A stretch of DNA of 63,765 bases, counting the filler, from Octopus bimaculoides (lineage: Eukaryota), in the NCBI RefSeq assembly GCF_001194135.2. It is 5 parts of 5 records of this genome, joined end to end, with 100 filler letters (N's around TTAATTAATTAA, not from the genome) between each part and the next. Parts side by side here need not be neighbours in the genome. Positions count along the whole stretch, not along the records: positions 1 to 25,658 come from NC_068995.1; 4 more parts are not named here. One strand, 5' to 3'. Shown piece after piece: positions 13,661-25,758 of this stretch. The first letter of the stretch is position 1. The number at the start of each line of letters is the position of its first letter. The position numbers and the translations under genes were made by a program. A model generated the notes under the pieces. It saw only the letters and a program-made list of their open reading frames with translations, did no database searches and was not told where the DNA came from.

Positions 13661-13790
13661 TATATAAATTCTAATCGACGCAGTTGAAACATGTGTATGT
13701 CTAAGTAAAACTATATATAAAACAATTAAAGGTAATGCTATGCTACATAGTTTGCTAACGAGGACACAGCTATATATATGTAAGTAAGTA

Positions 13791-13825
<35 letters not shown>

Positions 13826-14964
13826 TCTTACAGCCCTTCTTGTTTATTTTCACTGTTTCGTTTTGCTGTTGTGTTTTCTGTTCGCCACTATATTCCTCCG
13901 CATTACAAATTTCATTTAGTTTGTTTCCGCGGGAAGAGCCATTGTAACAATGCGTCCTGCCCTGACTTTTCGAAACGCTTAGTCTAGAATGGTGGCAGCT
14001 GATGAGGGAAATGTTCTCTATGTGGCCTGTGTATTTTCTGTGCTGTGTTTATGTTCTGTTTTTCATTTTGTCCACGTCTTTTTTTCTGTGACGTCCGTAC
14101 CCAGATATGCGTCTATATATACATGTAGATGGAGGTATGTACATAGATGTACGTATAGATGCATATACTCACATATTATTTGTATTATTATATGTATGTA
14201 TGTATGTATGTGTGTGTGTATGTATAAATTAATCTACAGGGAGTTTTCTGTCACTCTGCCTTTTGTCTTTCTCGCTCTATTAGATGCACCTCTTCTCCAA
14301 GTCTTTCTATAAACAGTAAGAATGAAATTGATCGATTTACTTATAGCCTCTTTACTTATAGCCTCCCCATTAAACTGTCCATTCGTTCACAAATAATTAA
14401 TTTACTCTCCTTAATTTCGTTTCTTTAAGTTGGTTTCTTTCTACTTGCATCAATTAATTACTTTTGGTCTAAACGTTCACAGTAGTTCAGTGTTCTCAAC
14501 TATTATCCTTATATTCACTGCAACAATGGACAAATGTCCGATTAGAATATCCTGTCAATATCAAAATCAATTAATTGGTCCCTGTAATCGTGTTGATAGC
14601 TATAATATTCTAAAACGTTTGTTAATGCTTTCAACCTTCTTCCCGTTACATTCGCTTGTTTATTTAATTTGTCATTGGTGACTAGATTAAACATTTAGAT
14701 TAGGATTTCTTCTTTCGGTCGTGAAAATAACGTATGAAGAAAGCCTAGAGGTATATAGTGAAGCAGTTAAGCGCACTTTAACCTGCTAGAAATAGCGACT
14801 GTATCTTCGTTAGATTTCACCCTACGATAGAGAGATATATTGGATAATATAATCATAATAAATAATCAAGACTAAAATTTCTTTGCTCATAGGCAGCGTT
14901 AATTATTGCTGCTCTAGTGTTTCACACTGACGTCAGTGAATGAGGGGAAAACCGGTTTATCTTT

Positions 14965-15155
14965 TATTTATTTATTTCAGTCATTTGACTCTGACCATTT
15001 TCGCGCACCCTTGAAGAATTGTAGTCAAGCGAATTTACGCTTGTTCTTGATTTTATAATCTCGTATTTATTCTATCGGACAAATTGCTAAATTACGACGT
15101 AAACGCGTCCATGCCGATTAAAAGTGGTGAAAAGAAGCAAATACACAGACACAAA
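14965..15155 (-). mobile_element. SINE family B 3' fragment, degraded
   Basis: ttcagtcatttgact..tatttattctatcgg..gctaaattacgacgtaaac is the reverse complement of the B tail. Confidence 0.55.
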
Positions 15156-15279
15156 CATACACGCATGTATGCATATGTGCGTATGTGTGTATATATATAT
15201 ATATACATATATAGATAGATAAATTGATAGATAAATTGAAAGATAGATAGAGATAGATAGTATTGATTTTTTTTACATC

Positions 15280-15420
15280 CTTGTAATTATGCGGTTCGGC
15301 ATAAGATGCCGCTAAAATAATTACGAGCATTTAAAATATTAAGTACTGGGGTCGACTCCTTCGAGTAAAATTCTTCGAGGCCGCACTCCACCACGGCTGT
15401 TGTCTAATAACTGAAATCAG
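15280..15420 (+). mobile_element. SINE family B 3' fragment, degraded
   Basis: gcggttcggca..aagtactggggtcgact..gaggccgcactcca..actgaaa. Confidence 0.55.
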
Positions 15421-16233
15421 TGTATGTATGTATGTATGTATACGAGTAGTGTATGAAGTCTTCAGCCTCAAAAAAAAAATGGTACATGACTTCTGATGAA
15501 GGTACAAGATTTCAAGGTTCAAGGTCCTTAAAGACTCAAAACTTTTCCATACAACCCTCGTATATACGCTCACATATGCACACAAGCATACATATCATGT
15601 GAATTATGATAAAGAAAAAACTGCTATAGTAATTACCTTTCGGTAATTTACACTTGATAATGAATTCAAACACCATTGGAATACTACTTCATTGTATTGC
15701 GTAAAACTGAATAATTATGACTGTTTTGTTGCTAAGACAACCATTTGACATTGTGAAGCTAAAGAAATTACCTCAAAGGCTTGTAGTTTATAGCCAACCA
15801 TGTTTCACGACATTATGTTTTATAAAATTGGAGAGATATAAACATTAATTTGCATTGTTCATTATAGCTAGTTCTGAAATTCAGTGCTATATTTTTTTCA
15901 TTTCAGAGGTTTTACTTCAATTTTCGTTTCCCTAATTTACATTTAATTCCTAGTATCGCATATATTCGGAGATTTTATTTTTGTGAAAATTATCAAACGA
16001 TAAATAACATCAGATTTGAAGAGTCTTTGTATGCACATATAGATTTGCGCGTGCGTGTGTGAGAGAAAGAGAGAGAGAGAGAGTGTGTGCATAAATTATT
16101 GCTTCGAGTCCTAGGATTCATAGGTAGGACCAACTCTTTTTCCATGCGTATGAGATCGCAGCAACCCCACTGAAAGTGACACTAGTCCATCACAAAGTTA
16201 TTCATTTACACCTGAGCGGACTGAGGCCACGTG

Positions 16234-16296
<63 letters not shown>

Positions 16297-16304
16297 TGTA
16301 TGTG

Positions 16305-16530
16305 TGTATAGCTTTCTGTGTCTCTCTTTGCCCCCCAACATCGCTTGACAACCGATGCTGGTGTGTTTACATCCCCGTAAATTAGCGGTTCGCCAAAAGA
16401 AAACAATAGAATAAGTACTAGGCTCACAAACAATGTCTTGGGGTTGATTTGCTGGACTAAAGGTGGTGCCCCGGCATGACTGTACTTAAAATGACTCCAA
16501 CAAGTAAAAGAACAAAAGAAAGAATAAAAG
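16305..16530 (+). mobile_element. SINE family B, 3' half
   Basis: catcgcttgacaaccgatgctggtgtgtttacatccccgtaaattagcggttcg..aataagtactaggc..aaggtggtgccccggcatg. Confidence 0.85.
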
Positions 16531-16543
16531 AATATAGATAGTC

Positions 16544-16576
<33 letters not shown>

Positions 16577-16590
16577 TATTGATTGATTGT

Positions 16591-16630
<40 letters not shown>

Positions 16631-18959
16631 CATATACATATATACTCGTGNNNNNNNNNNNNNNNNNNNNNNNNNNNNNNNNNNNNNNNNNNNNNNNNNN
16701 NNNNNNNNNNNNNNNNNNNNNNNNNNNNNNNNNNNNNNNNNNNNNNNNNNNNNNNNNNNNNNNNNNNNNNNNNNNNNNNNNNNNNNNNNNNNNNNNNNNN
16801 NNNNNNNNNNNNNNNNNNNNNNNNNNNNNNNNNNNNNNNNNNNNNNNNNNNNNNNNNNNNNNTTAGTTCAAATTAGCAAACATCGTGTCATATTTAACAT
16901 AGTGACATCGTAAGAAACCTTTTAAGCGTGAAGTATATGTCGCGAGAAAGCATCTCTTATAGACGTATAATATAAAAATTTACAGAAGGTAACAGATAGA
17001 ATGTAGCAGGCTAAAATCTATCCCCATTGGAGGTGGTATTTATAAATTTGCATATCTTCTTCTTTCATTTTTCTTCAGCAGCATGTATCCCTTGGCAAGA
17101 ATTTTTTTTTTTTTTTATCTTGGTGGTAGTCCTTGGAGATAGAATGTAAACACAGGACGTTAAATATTCCTATTATACATAAAAATTGAATTGCATTATT
17201 TAGTAGAAGTGCAGTCTCTGGCAAATTTTAGATCTCCGAAATTATGTTATTTGCTATTTGTTTCAGCCATTTGATTGCAGCTGTGCTTGGCCACCACTTT
17301 GAAAGGATTTTATCTCATCGAATTGTATACGATAAACATTGAATACGAAATGGTATCATGTTATTCAACAAGGCTATAAATTGTGACAGTCTGTCAATTT
17401 TAGGTATCCTTGTCATGCATTCGATTGAATTTACTATTAAATACGTAAACGATATTGAATCAATACTCAGGAGTTGAATTACCGAAAGAAACTCACGTTA
17501 TAAATTCTTACGCTCACACACACACATACACACACACACACACACACGTTCGTGTGCACCAACAATTACAAACACGTAACCGCATGAATTAGAAGACTTC
17601 CTATATAAAGGCATTGCTTTTATATGCATACGTTCATCACATCTACATAACATATATACACTCATACACACACACGCAGTCACACTCGCACATACTCATA
17701 TAACAGCACACACTCACACGCGCACACACATACACTCACGCACACACACTCACACACACACACTCACGCACCCAAGCAGACACACTCACCCAACATTTAT
17801 GCACCAACACAAACATAAAAACATTAGAGAAACACTATCGTAAAAGACAAAATGCCAAAATGGCTCCGTAGCATTATCAAGAGAAAAACATCCCCAAATT
17901 CAAAAAATTAATAACCTCTCCAGTAAAAGGAATTACTAAAACTAAATTTGCAATAATTGTAGCCCCGCATAAAAGACATTTTACCTCATGGTAATACATA
18001 GCCAACTAACCCGGTCAGCACCACTAAAATGCATAATACAAATTCCACATGTAAATATTTGTATATAAACTATGATGTACACCACGACCAGTATATATAN
18101 NNNNNNNNNNNNNNNNNNNNNNNNNNNNNNNNNNNNNNNNNNNNNNNNNNNNNNNNNNNNNNNNNNNNNNNNNNNNNNNNNNNNNNNNNNNNNNNNNNNN
18201 NNNNNNNNNNNNNNNNNNNNNNNNNNNNNNNNNNNNNNNNNNNNNNNNNNNNNNNNNNNNNNNNNNNNNNNNNNNNNNNNNNNNNNNNNNNNNNNNNNNN
18301 NNNNNNNNNNNNNNNNNNNNNNNNNNNNNNNNNNNNNNNNNNNNNNNNNNNNNNNNNNNNNNNNNNNNNNNNNNNNNNNNNNNNNNNNNNNNNNNNNNNN
18401 NNNNNNNNNNNNNNNNNNNNNNNNNNNNNNNNNNNNNNNNNNNNNNNNNNNNNNNNNNNNNNNNNNNNNNNNNNNNNNNNNNNNNNNNNNNNNNNNNNNN
18501 NNNNNNNNNNNNNNNNNNNNNNNNNNNNNNNNNNNNNNNNNNNNNNNNNNNNNNNNNNNNNNNNNNNNNNNNNNNNNNNNNNNNNNNNNNNNNNNNNNNN
18601 NNNNNNNNNNNNNNNNNNNNNNNNNNNNNNNNNNNNNNNNNNNNNNNNNNNNNNNNNNNNNNNNNNNNNNNNNNNNNNNNNNNNNNNNNNNNNNNNNNNN
18701 NNNNNNNNNNNTATATATATATATATGACCAGATAAATAAAGAAACGAACGTATCGCAATACCTACCCAGAATTAACAACTCATATAATATAAATAACAG
18801 AATCAGATGAGTACTCATTACAAGAAGTAGATATGTAAAAAGGGGAAATCCCTGCAATAATTCAATTTCCAGCAAAACCGTAACAAGAGATAATACTCGG
18901 CCAGATCAAACAAAACCTTCTTAAATAACGATGTGTAAGAGAATGTAATCCCTGATATA

Positions 18960-19171
18960 CAAGGTGTCTATAAAGTCTTGGTACGTGGGGATTAACACAT
19001 ACTTTAAGAAATTATTATTTCTTACATCTAATTGTTTATGTTATGATTTTATTTACTCTACGTACCCAAATAGAGATTAACACATACTTTAAAAAAATAT
19101 TATTTCTCATATCTAATTGTTTATATTATAATTTTATTTACTCCATGTTCCCAGACTTTGTGGACACCCTG
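18960..19171. mobile_element. Tc1/mariner-type MITE with internal ~70-bp duplication
   Basis: TA|caaggtgtctataaagtcttggtacgtgg ... ccatgttcccagactttgtggacaccctg|TA; about 29-bp TIRs with TA flanks. Confidence 0.85.
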
Positions 19172-19813
19172 TAGAAAGAGGTAAGTTTCTCGTGATTTGA
19201 ATGCCTGTGGTCTTATACCTGCTCCGTTTAGAAGGATCTAGGGACAACCAACGAGAAATAGAGTTACACTGGTTCTGAATAACAATGATTACAATATCTT
19301 ATGGTTTAGTTAATAGAAGAAACAGAAAACCAGTGTGTTTGAGTAAATTATATCTAGGTATTTTTGCTTTCCATTATCCGTTTTCAAGACATTGATATTT
19401 TGCTGCTTCATTCTCTAGGCTATTAACAGTTATTATGCTTTGCTTAGATGGAAGTTACTTCATAAAGTAGCTATAGCAGTGTATATGTTTAACGAAGTAA
19501 AGCCGTAAATATAATCCGTGTACGATGTGTTGCCACAACAACTGTCTGGCTTTGTTAACGAAGAAATCCGTCACCGCTTTATATATTCAGCAAAATGAGT
19601 ATTTCAGCATTGCGACTCAAAAAGTGGATTTGTAGATCTCTGACATTTGCAAGCCACGTCTGTAATGAGCTCAGAAGATTGAACATAATGACAAGACAGT
19701 TGAAGACCTTAACTACCATTTTCACACACGTCGGAGTCAAAGAGAAAAAGTAAAAAAAAAGTATTTGTGAATTAAGTCGATGGAAACTGCATAACAGTCA
19801 GTTGTATATGTAT

Positions 19814-19849
<36 letters not shown>

Positions 19850-19942
19850 GTGTGTGTGTGTGTTTGTGTGTGTGTTAAATGAAATAAGATAACAAAACTA
19901 AGGCAAAGCGATATTTCTCGGACATTTGTAAAGAGAAAGTTG

Positions 19943-19990
19943 GTCTTACAGCTGTTTCAGAAAAATATATGACACCCCATCATCAGAGAT
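19943..19990 (-). ncRNA. Minimal type I hammerhead ribozyme motif (helix II degenerate)
   Basis: Minus strand: ATCT-CTGATGA-tggggtgtcatatatttttct-GAAAC-AGCT-GTA-AGAC; same family as 7553-7608. Confidence 0.55.
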
Positions 19991-20135
19991 GAGTTAATAG
20001 AGTTACAGAAGAAGGAATTAGTACAGTTCATTGTATAAGAATTTATTTTGGAAACGGAATTTAACAGCGGTCCTTCCGTAACACTTACATAGCCCTACCT
20101 GCATTTTGGGTCATCTGGATACCAAAACCTCTCGT

Positions 20136-20150
20136 AGATCGGAAGAGCGT
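20136..20150 (+). other. Illumina adapter remnant (assembly artefact)
   Basis: AGATCGGAAGAGCGT immediately before an N-gap. Confidence 0.9.
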
Positions 20151-20191
20151 NNNNNNNNNNNNNNNNNNNNNNNNNNNNNNNNNNNNNNNNN

Positions 20192-20241
<50 letters not shown>

Positions 20242-20425
20242 GCACACATTCCTGTGTTTATTACCGGTATAATGCCTCTCCAAGGTTTAGTAGTATTTCT
20301 TTCAACACACGATTTCACATCAAGAATCTTGCACACCAAATACGCATACGAAATATATATATATAATTATATGTATGTATGTATGTATGTATGTATCTAT
20401 ATATGTATGCATGCATGTATGTATA

Positions 20426-21060
20426 CAGGGTGTCCCGAGGTTTTGGGCTTTAATAACTATCAATAAATGTGATAATATATGAAAATTATACATTATTATT
20501 AAAGCTTAGTGTGTCTTCTTTCTGTTTCAGATAAAATAAATTCAGATTCATAAATTAGGTAATGGCTTTTGACCGAAATGCAATCATAACCTCCACAAAG
20601 GAGGCGAAAGTAATACATCTATAGCAAAAACGCTTAAAATTAAACAAACAACAGTCTGGAAAATTGTCAAGAAATTTCAAGTGACTTTTTCCACGGCAGA
20701 TCGACCTGGACATGATAAAAAAATAAGTGTGCGGATCCCTCAGCTTATCAAAAGTACCAGAGAAAAGATACGGTGAAATTCTCGTCGTTCCGTCAGAAAA
20801 ATGGCTGCCACAGCAATAATATGCCGAACATCGATGTATCGAGTACTGAAGGAAGTTCTCAGGCCCCACTCCAACGAGATGATCCGTTCTCATGAGCTCT
20901 CGCAAGTTTACAAGGCCATGAGACTGGAGAGAATTTGTCTTATCCTGCGTCAGATTGCTGAAGGCACGCTGCCCGAACTGGTGTTCACTGACGAAAAGAA
21001 ATTGGACATCGACCAGACAGTAAACCACCAATATCACCAACTTTGGTGTGTATCTGGCAC
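20426..21060 (+). mobile_element. Tc1/mariner-superfamily (maT/DD37D-like) element, 5' part with decayed transposase
   Basis: TA|cagggtgtcc terminus; HTH region SIAKTLKIKQTTVWKIVKKF; RRSVRKMAA; first catalytic motif LVFTDEKK; truncated after it; no right TIR found. Confidence 0.8.
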
Positions 21061-21705
21061 CTGGTTTATGGGTATGACTGTTATTGTATGTGCGGAATAG
21101 TTTGATAATACCTCCATTTGATCCGTATGTGTTTTGCATTTCTGTTTGCACTCCTACCATTTGATAACCAGTTTGCTTTATGGTGACCCAACATGGTCAA
21201 CGTACAATGATTGAAAACAATTAAAATATAAAAATGATGAAAACGTATATCTACATGTAATTTCAGATGTATGCGCCTATGTGCGCGTGCGCATGAGTGC
21301 TTGTATACGTGTGTAATTGAGTCAGTCTATATCAGAGAGAGGTAACAAGAGCGAGCGGTGCGTCCAAATAAAATATATGCTGAAATTTAGTTCCATGTTG
21401 GGTTTGCTTTGAGAGACATTTAGCTGCTATATCTGGCAAGTTGAATGCTGTTAATAAACGATAAATATAACTCTAACCGAATAAATAATTCGAGGATACT
21501 CAGAGTTTTTGTTTCAGACACCCTCATCGTCTTTATAGTACATCTTACTGCACAACTAACAAGACCGCTATCTCTAATAGCTACCATCATTTACAGTTCA
21601 AATCAACCTTTAACTCTAAGATGGAAACGAAAACAACTTGACATCTTCACTCGGTAATGACATGTCTACCTCATACTGGAAATCGCTTCATTCTCCTTTG
21701 TTTCA

Positions 21706-21869
21706 ACATCATCATCATCATCATCATCATCACCATCATCATCATCATCCTCATTATCATCACCTTCTTCTTCTTCTTCTTCTTCTTCTTCTTCTTCTTC
21801 TTCTTCTTCTTCTTCTAATATTTCGCATTGTCTATTTTTTTCTGATTTTCTGCATCATGTGTACTACCT

Positions 21870-21907
<38 letters not shown>

Positions 21908-22050
21908 GTTGTTGCTGCGGAAGATGACGACGACGACAACGACGACGACGATGATGATGATGATATCATTATTAATATTACTACTGCTACTACTGCTGCT
22001 ACTGTTGGTCCTTTCTTCACCTCCATTTTCCGTAGACCTTCACTACTTCT

Positions 22051-22108
<58 letters not shown>

Positions 22109-22110
22109 AC
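21706..22110. repeat. Compound microsatellite (CAT)n(CTT)n(TAC)n(GAC)n(GAT)n(TA)n
   Basis: Directly visible. Confidence 0.95.
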
Positions 22111-23018
22111 ACTTCCTTGTTTGACATTCTTCTATCTCTAAATCTATTTGATTTCGGTGAGCACTGTGTAAAATTCCAATGTTAAAATCTAAATACTTAA
22201 CCCAACCCCAGCCACTTCCCTTCCCATTGCATAAATTTTGTTCGTACAAAATTTTGACTAGCTCTTGTGTCGTAATATTTGCTCTTCCTAACTCTACCCT
22301 GTGACTGTTATATCGCACTTACTCATATCACTAATTGTATTGCATGTTGTCATCGTTATATTAAGTGTCACATCTATAGTTGCTATTGTATATATCGCTA
22401 TGGCTTCTGTAACTTTTTCTTGCTATTGTTTATACTGCGTTCATTGCGAACGTTCATTGTGATCGCAGTTGCTGCTGTCGTTCTCTAACGCCATCTTTAA
22501 TATTTTATGCCGAAACCTGTCACTACTGTCACACTCACTGCTATTTCTACAGACGTGACATCATTACATAGCAATTTTTCTAGTTCTATCAGTAGTGTTG
22601 TCATTGCTGCCGTAACAATATCTAGTGTTACCATCACCATTGTTGCAATTTTCGATGTTGCAGTCACACTTGTTAGAAACCACGTTTGCAGTCATTGTTG
22701 ATGTTGTATTCGTCGCTCTCTCATTCGATTCTGAGGCGATCATTGCTATTGCAAAGGCCGCTGTTGCAATCACTGTTTGCTTTCGCTACTGGCTCAGATT
22801 TGGCTGATTTTTATCATTAGTACTACTGCGTACACCGTTGTCATCGTAACACCGCCCTTGCTCTGGTTTCTGTTGATAGTGTTGCTTACTGTACGGTTTG
22901 TGGCAGAGTTTGAGGTGCAGGTAGTAGTGGTAATGGCAATTGTATTTCTTGATGGAGTAGGTAACGGTATTACGAGGGATAAGAATAGCAACTACAAGGG
23001 ACATAATAGTAGTAGTAT

Positions 23019-23080
<62 letters not shown>

Positions 23081-24565
23081 ACAACTTACAAGATATGGCT
23101 TTATGTTGTTAGTGTTGAAATTCTGGTAGTGATTCGGTTGTTGTTGTTGTTGTTGTTTTCACCGTCGTTGTTGTCATCATCGATGTTGGTAATGTTGTTG
23201 TTGTTGTTGTTGAACTTAATAGCATTACTGCTTTGAATGGCAGCAGCGAGCGAGTACAATGACACCGATTTAACAACATACTACATACACAGCAAGTCTC
23301 ACCGCCCTCAGGCTTTCCAAATGCATTATCAACAAATTTAATCGATAATCTGAAGACCATTTTCCTCTCTCTCTCTCTCCATACTCCTTCCCTCTCCCTC
23401 TCTCTTTCTCATATATATCTATCTCTGTTTGTCTCTCATATACATCCATCTCTCCCACTCTTTTGTCTCTTTCAATCTCTCTTACCCTCTCTCTCTTTCT
23501 TTATACATTTATATAAGTGTGTCTGAACACCTACGCATATATATATTGCGAAAGATATTATCCGCAAAAACACGCACACACATATATTATATATACATAT
23601 ATAATATATACACACACACATACATATATATTGTAATTTCTCCTCGTATTACTACCTGCATATATATTTGTATATCTGTATGTGTGCGCTTATGTATGTG
23701 TGTAATATGTACATGTAGTCTGAAATATGCTATAGCTAAAAAAATTAAATGATTGATACATATATTGCTTTAAAATAGACACTATATTGACGTATTGGTA
23801 AAATTCTAAAACGAATCGGAATCCCATAGATTTCGAAGCCAAAATTTTTCAGTTGTGGCATTAACCAAATTATCTGTTCTTTCAATTAACTTCTGAAGTG
23901 GCTTAACATACTATAGTACATTTGGCTCTTAGTGGTATCTCTAAGGAGAATGACAAAACAAGGTAAATATGGACGTTGGAATTAATATTGTAATCCACGC
24001 TTGCAAACTGTTTCCCCTCGCACAAATTCATTAACAATGCTTACGTCGACCAGGAAATTTCGTAGAATGTATTTTCGAAGTTGTCACACAATGGAGTTCT
24101 AACTCCGGAACTTGTGATTACGGAGTGAACTTTCTGAATTTGTACTAATTTGTGTGAATAGATAATTTGTATTCTATAACGTTAGGCATACATTTTGATG
24201 TAAACATGTACCTATGATTTTGCGTAGTGATTATAATTTGCTATATAAAATACGCTACGCTATGTAGATAGGTTATGTTATATAAATAGGTTATGCTACA
24301 TAAAATAGGCTGTGAAACACCTGTAAAGTTGTAAAATAAAAACTTATCAAAAATTGTGAAATAATGAATCTATTTTCATCTCTCACTCTTCCTGATTTTT
24401 CTGTTCTCTTTTATTTGTCACGGAATAATTTATTGTTCGGATTTCCTACATTTTTAGTGCCACGGCCATATTGTTTTACATTACATGGCATTTCATTAAG
24501 AAATTTCGAATAGTGAGCTCACAGTGAAAGTCGCATAATTCACCGAAACCATGTCTTATACTATT

Positions 24566-24624
<59 letters not shown>

Positions 24625-24769
24625 GTTAGTTAGTTAGTTGGATAGATAGATAGAAAGATATTTCGGGATTGTATTACGCACTATATATTTGTTCTTCACT
24701 CGTTTATTACTGTTTTTATATATTTTTTAAATTTTGACTCATGTCCATTGTCCGGAAAATTTGAAGAGA

Positions 24770-24990
24770 GCTCCATAAACCTAACCATATTTACAAGACA
24801 ATGTTGATGATCTAGAAGCCAACATTATGGAGAGTATCCAGCAAATAGTTAACTCCATCCACTAGAATATTGAAATAACGAAAGACTACGCTAGTAAGCA
24901 CCCAAACTATAGATTACCCGTTTAGATACTGAACTCTGGCTAGAAACAAAGAACGGTAAGATCCAGTATGGTGTTTCATACTTCACAAAA
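24770..24990 (+). pseudogene. Penelope-like RT C-terminal fragment
   Basis: QQIVNSIH*NIEITKDYASKHPNYRLPV(L)DTELWL resembles the PLE RT segment NSIHxxIxxTxE..LPFLD. Confidence 0.6.
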
Positions 24991-25349
24991 CTTAATCAAA
25001 TAGTGTTTCCTCTAAAGAGAAGGGATGATCACGGATGGAATACCTTTGATAATAAGATTGGTCTGGTGCTAAACAACCACCAGTATGATTTCGTATTACG
25101 TAACTGTATGCTGTATAGAAATCTCAACACATTGCGTAAGTTCAGATGGGTTTCATCTTTGTTACACACAAACACACTCTCACACACTCACATACACACA
25201 CATATGTATAAATATACATATATATACATATACGTCTGTACAGACAGACATATATGTGTGTATGTATACATATATGTGTGTATGTATACATATATGTGTG
25301 TATGTATACATATATATATATATATAAATTGTAAATGCAAAAATGAAAA

Positions 25350-25458
25350 CAAAAACACAAAGGATTCTGCGGTACACGTGTTTCAAGCTTTATAGTTGTT
25401 ACATCAGTGTATAATTGACAATATAAAGCTATGTATTCTCTCCCAAGAATTATATCAC
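25350..25458 (-). repeat. Dispersed repeat shared with 6540-6680, carrying a decayed hammerhead-like motif
   Basis: cacaaaggatt.gcggtacacgtgtttcaagctttata occurs at both loci; minus strand CTGATGT..GCTT-GAAAC-ACGT-GTA. Confidence 0.6.
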
Positions 25459-25702
25459 ATAGGCGTTAAAGGAGGACGAAAGATGAGATATAAGAGGTGA
25501 GATTCCGTTTGGTATTTTGCATTGTACTATACCTCGTAGAATTCTTAATTTGATATATTTATACATAATTTTCTCGGTACTCCGGAATCCGTCAATACCT
25601 TGCCACAATTCAGTGTATAGTATATATATGATCTACTTCTAGCACATTAATAGTCCACNNNNNNNNNNNNNNNNNNNNNNNNNNNNNNNNNNNNNNNNNN
25701 NN

Positions 25703-25714
25703 TTAATTAATTAA
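25703..25714. other. Scaffold-join spacer TTAATTAATTAA in 44N+12+44N (also 44299-44310, 59156-59167, 61827-61838)
   Basis: Identical 100-bp structure four times; the spacer has stops in all six frames. Confidence 0.95.
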
Positions 25715-25758
25715 NNNNNNNNNNNNNNNNNNNNNNNNNNNNNNNNNNNNNNNNNNNN

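Noticed and set aside
15486-15545. Isolated CTGATGA heptamers (also 29643-, 35998+, 6059-)
   Set aside because: No helix II followed by GAAA, and no helix I; expected by chance in AT-rich DNA.
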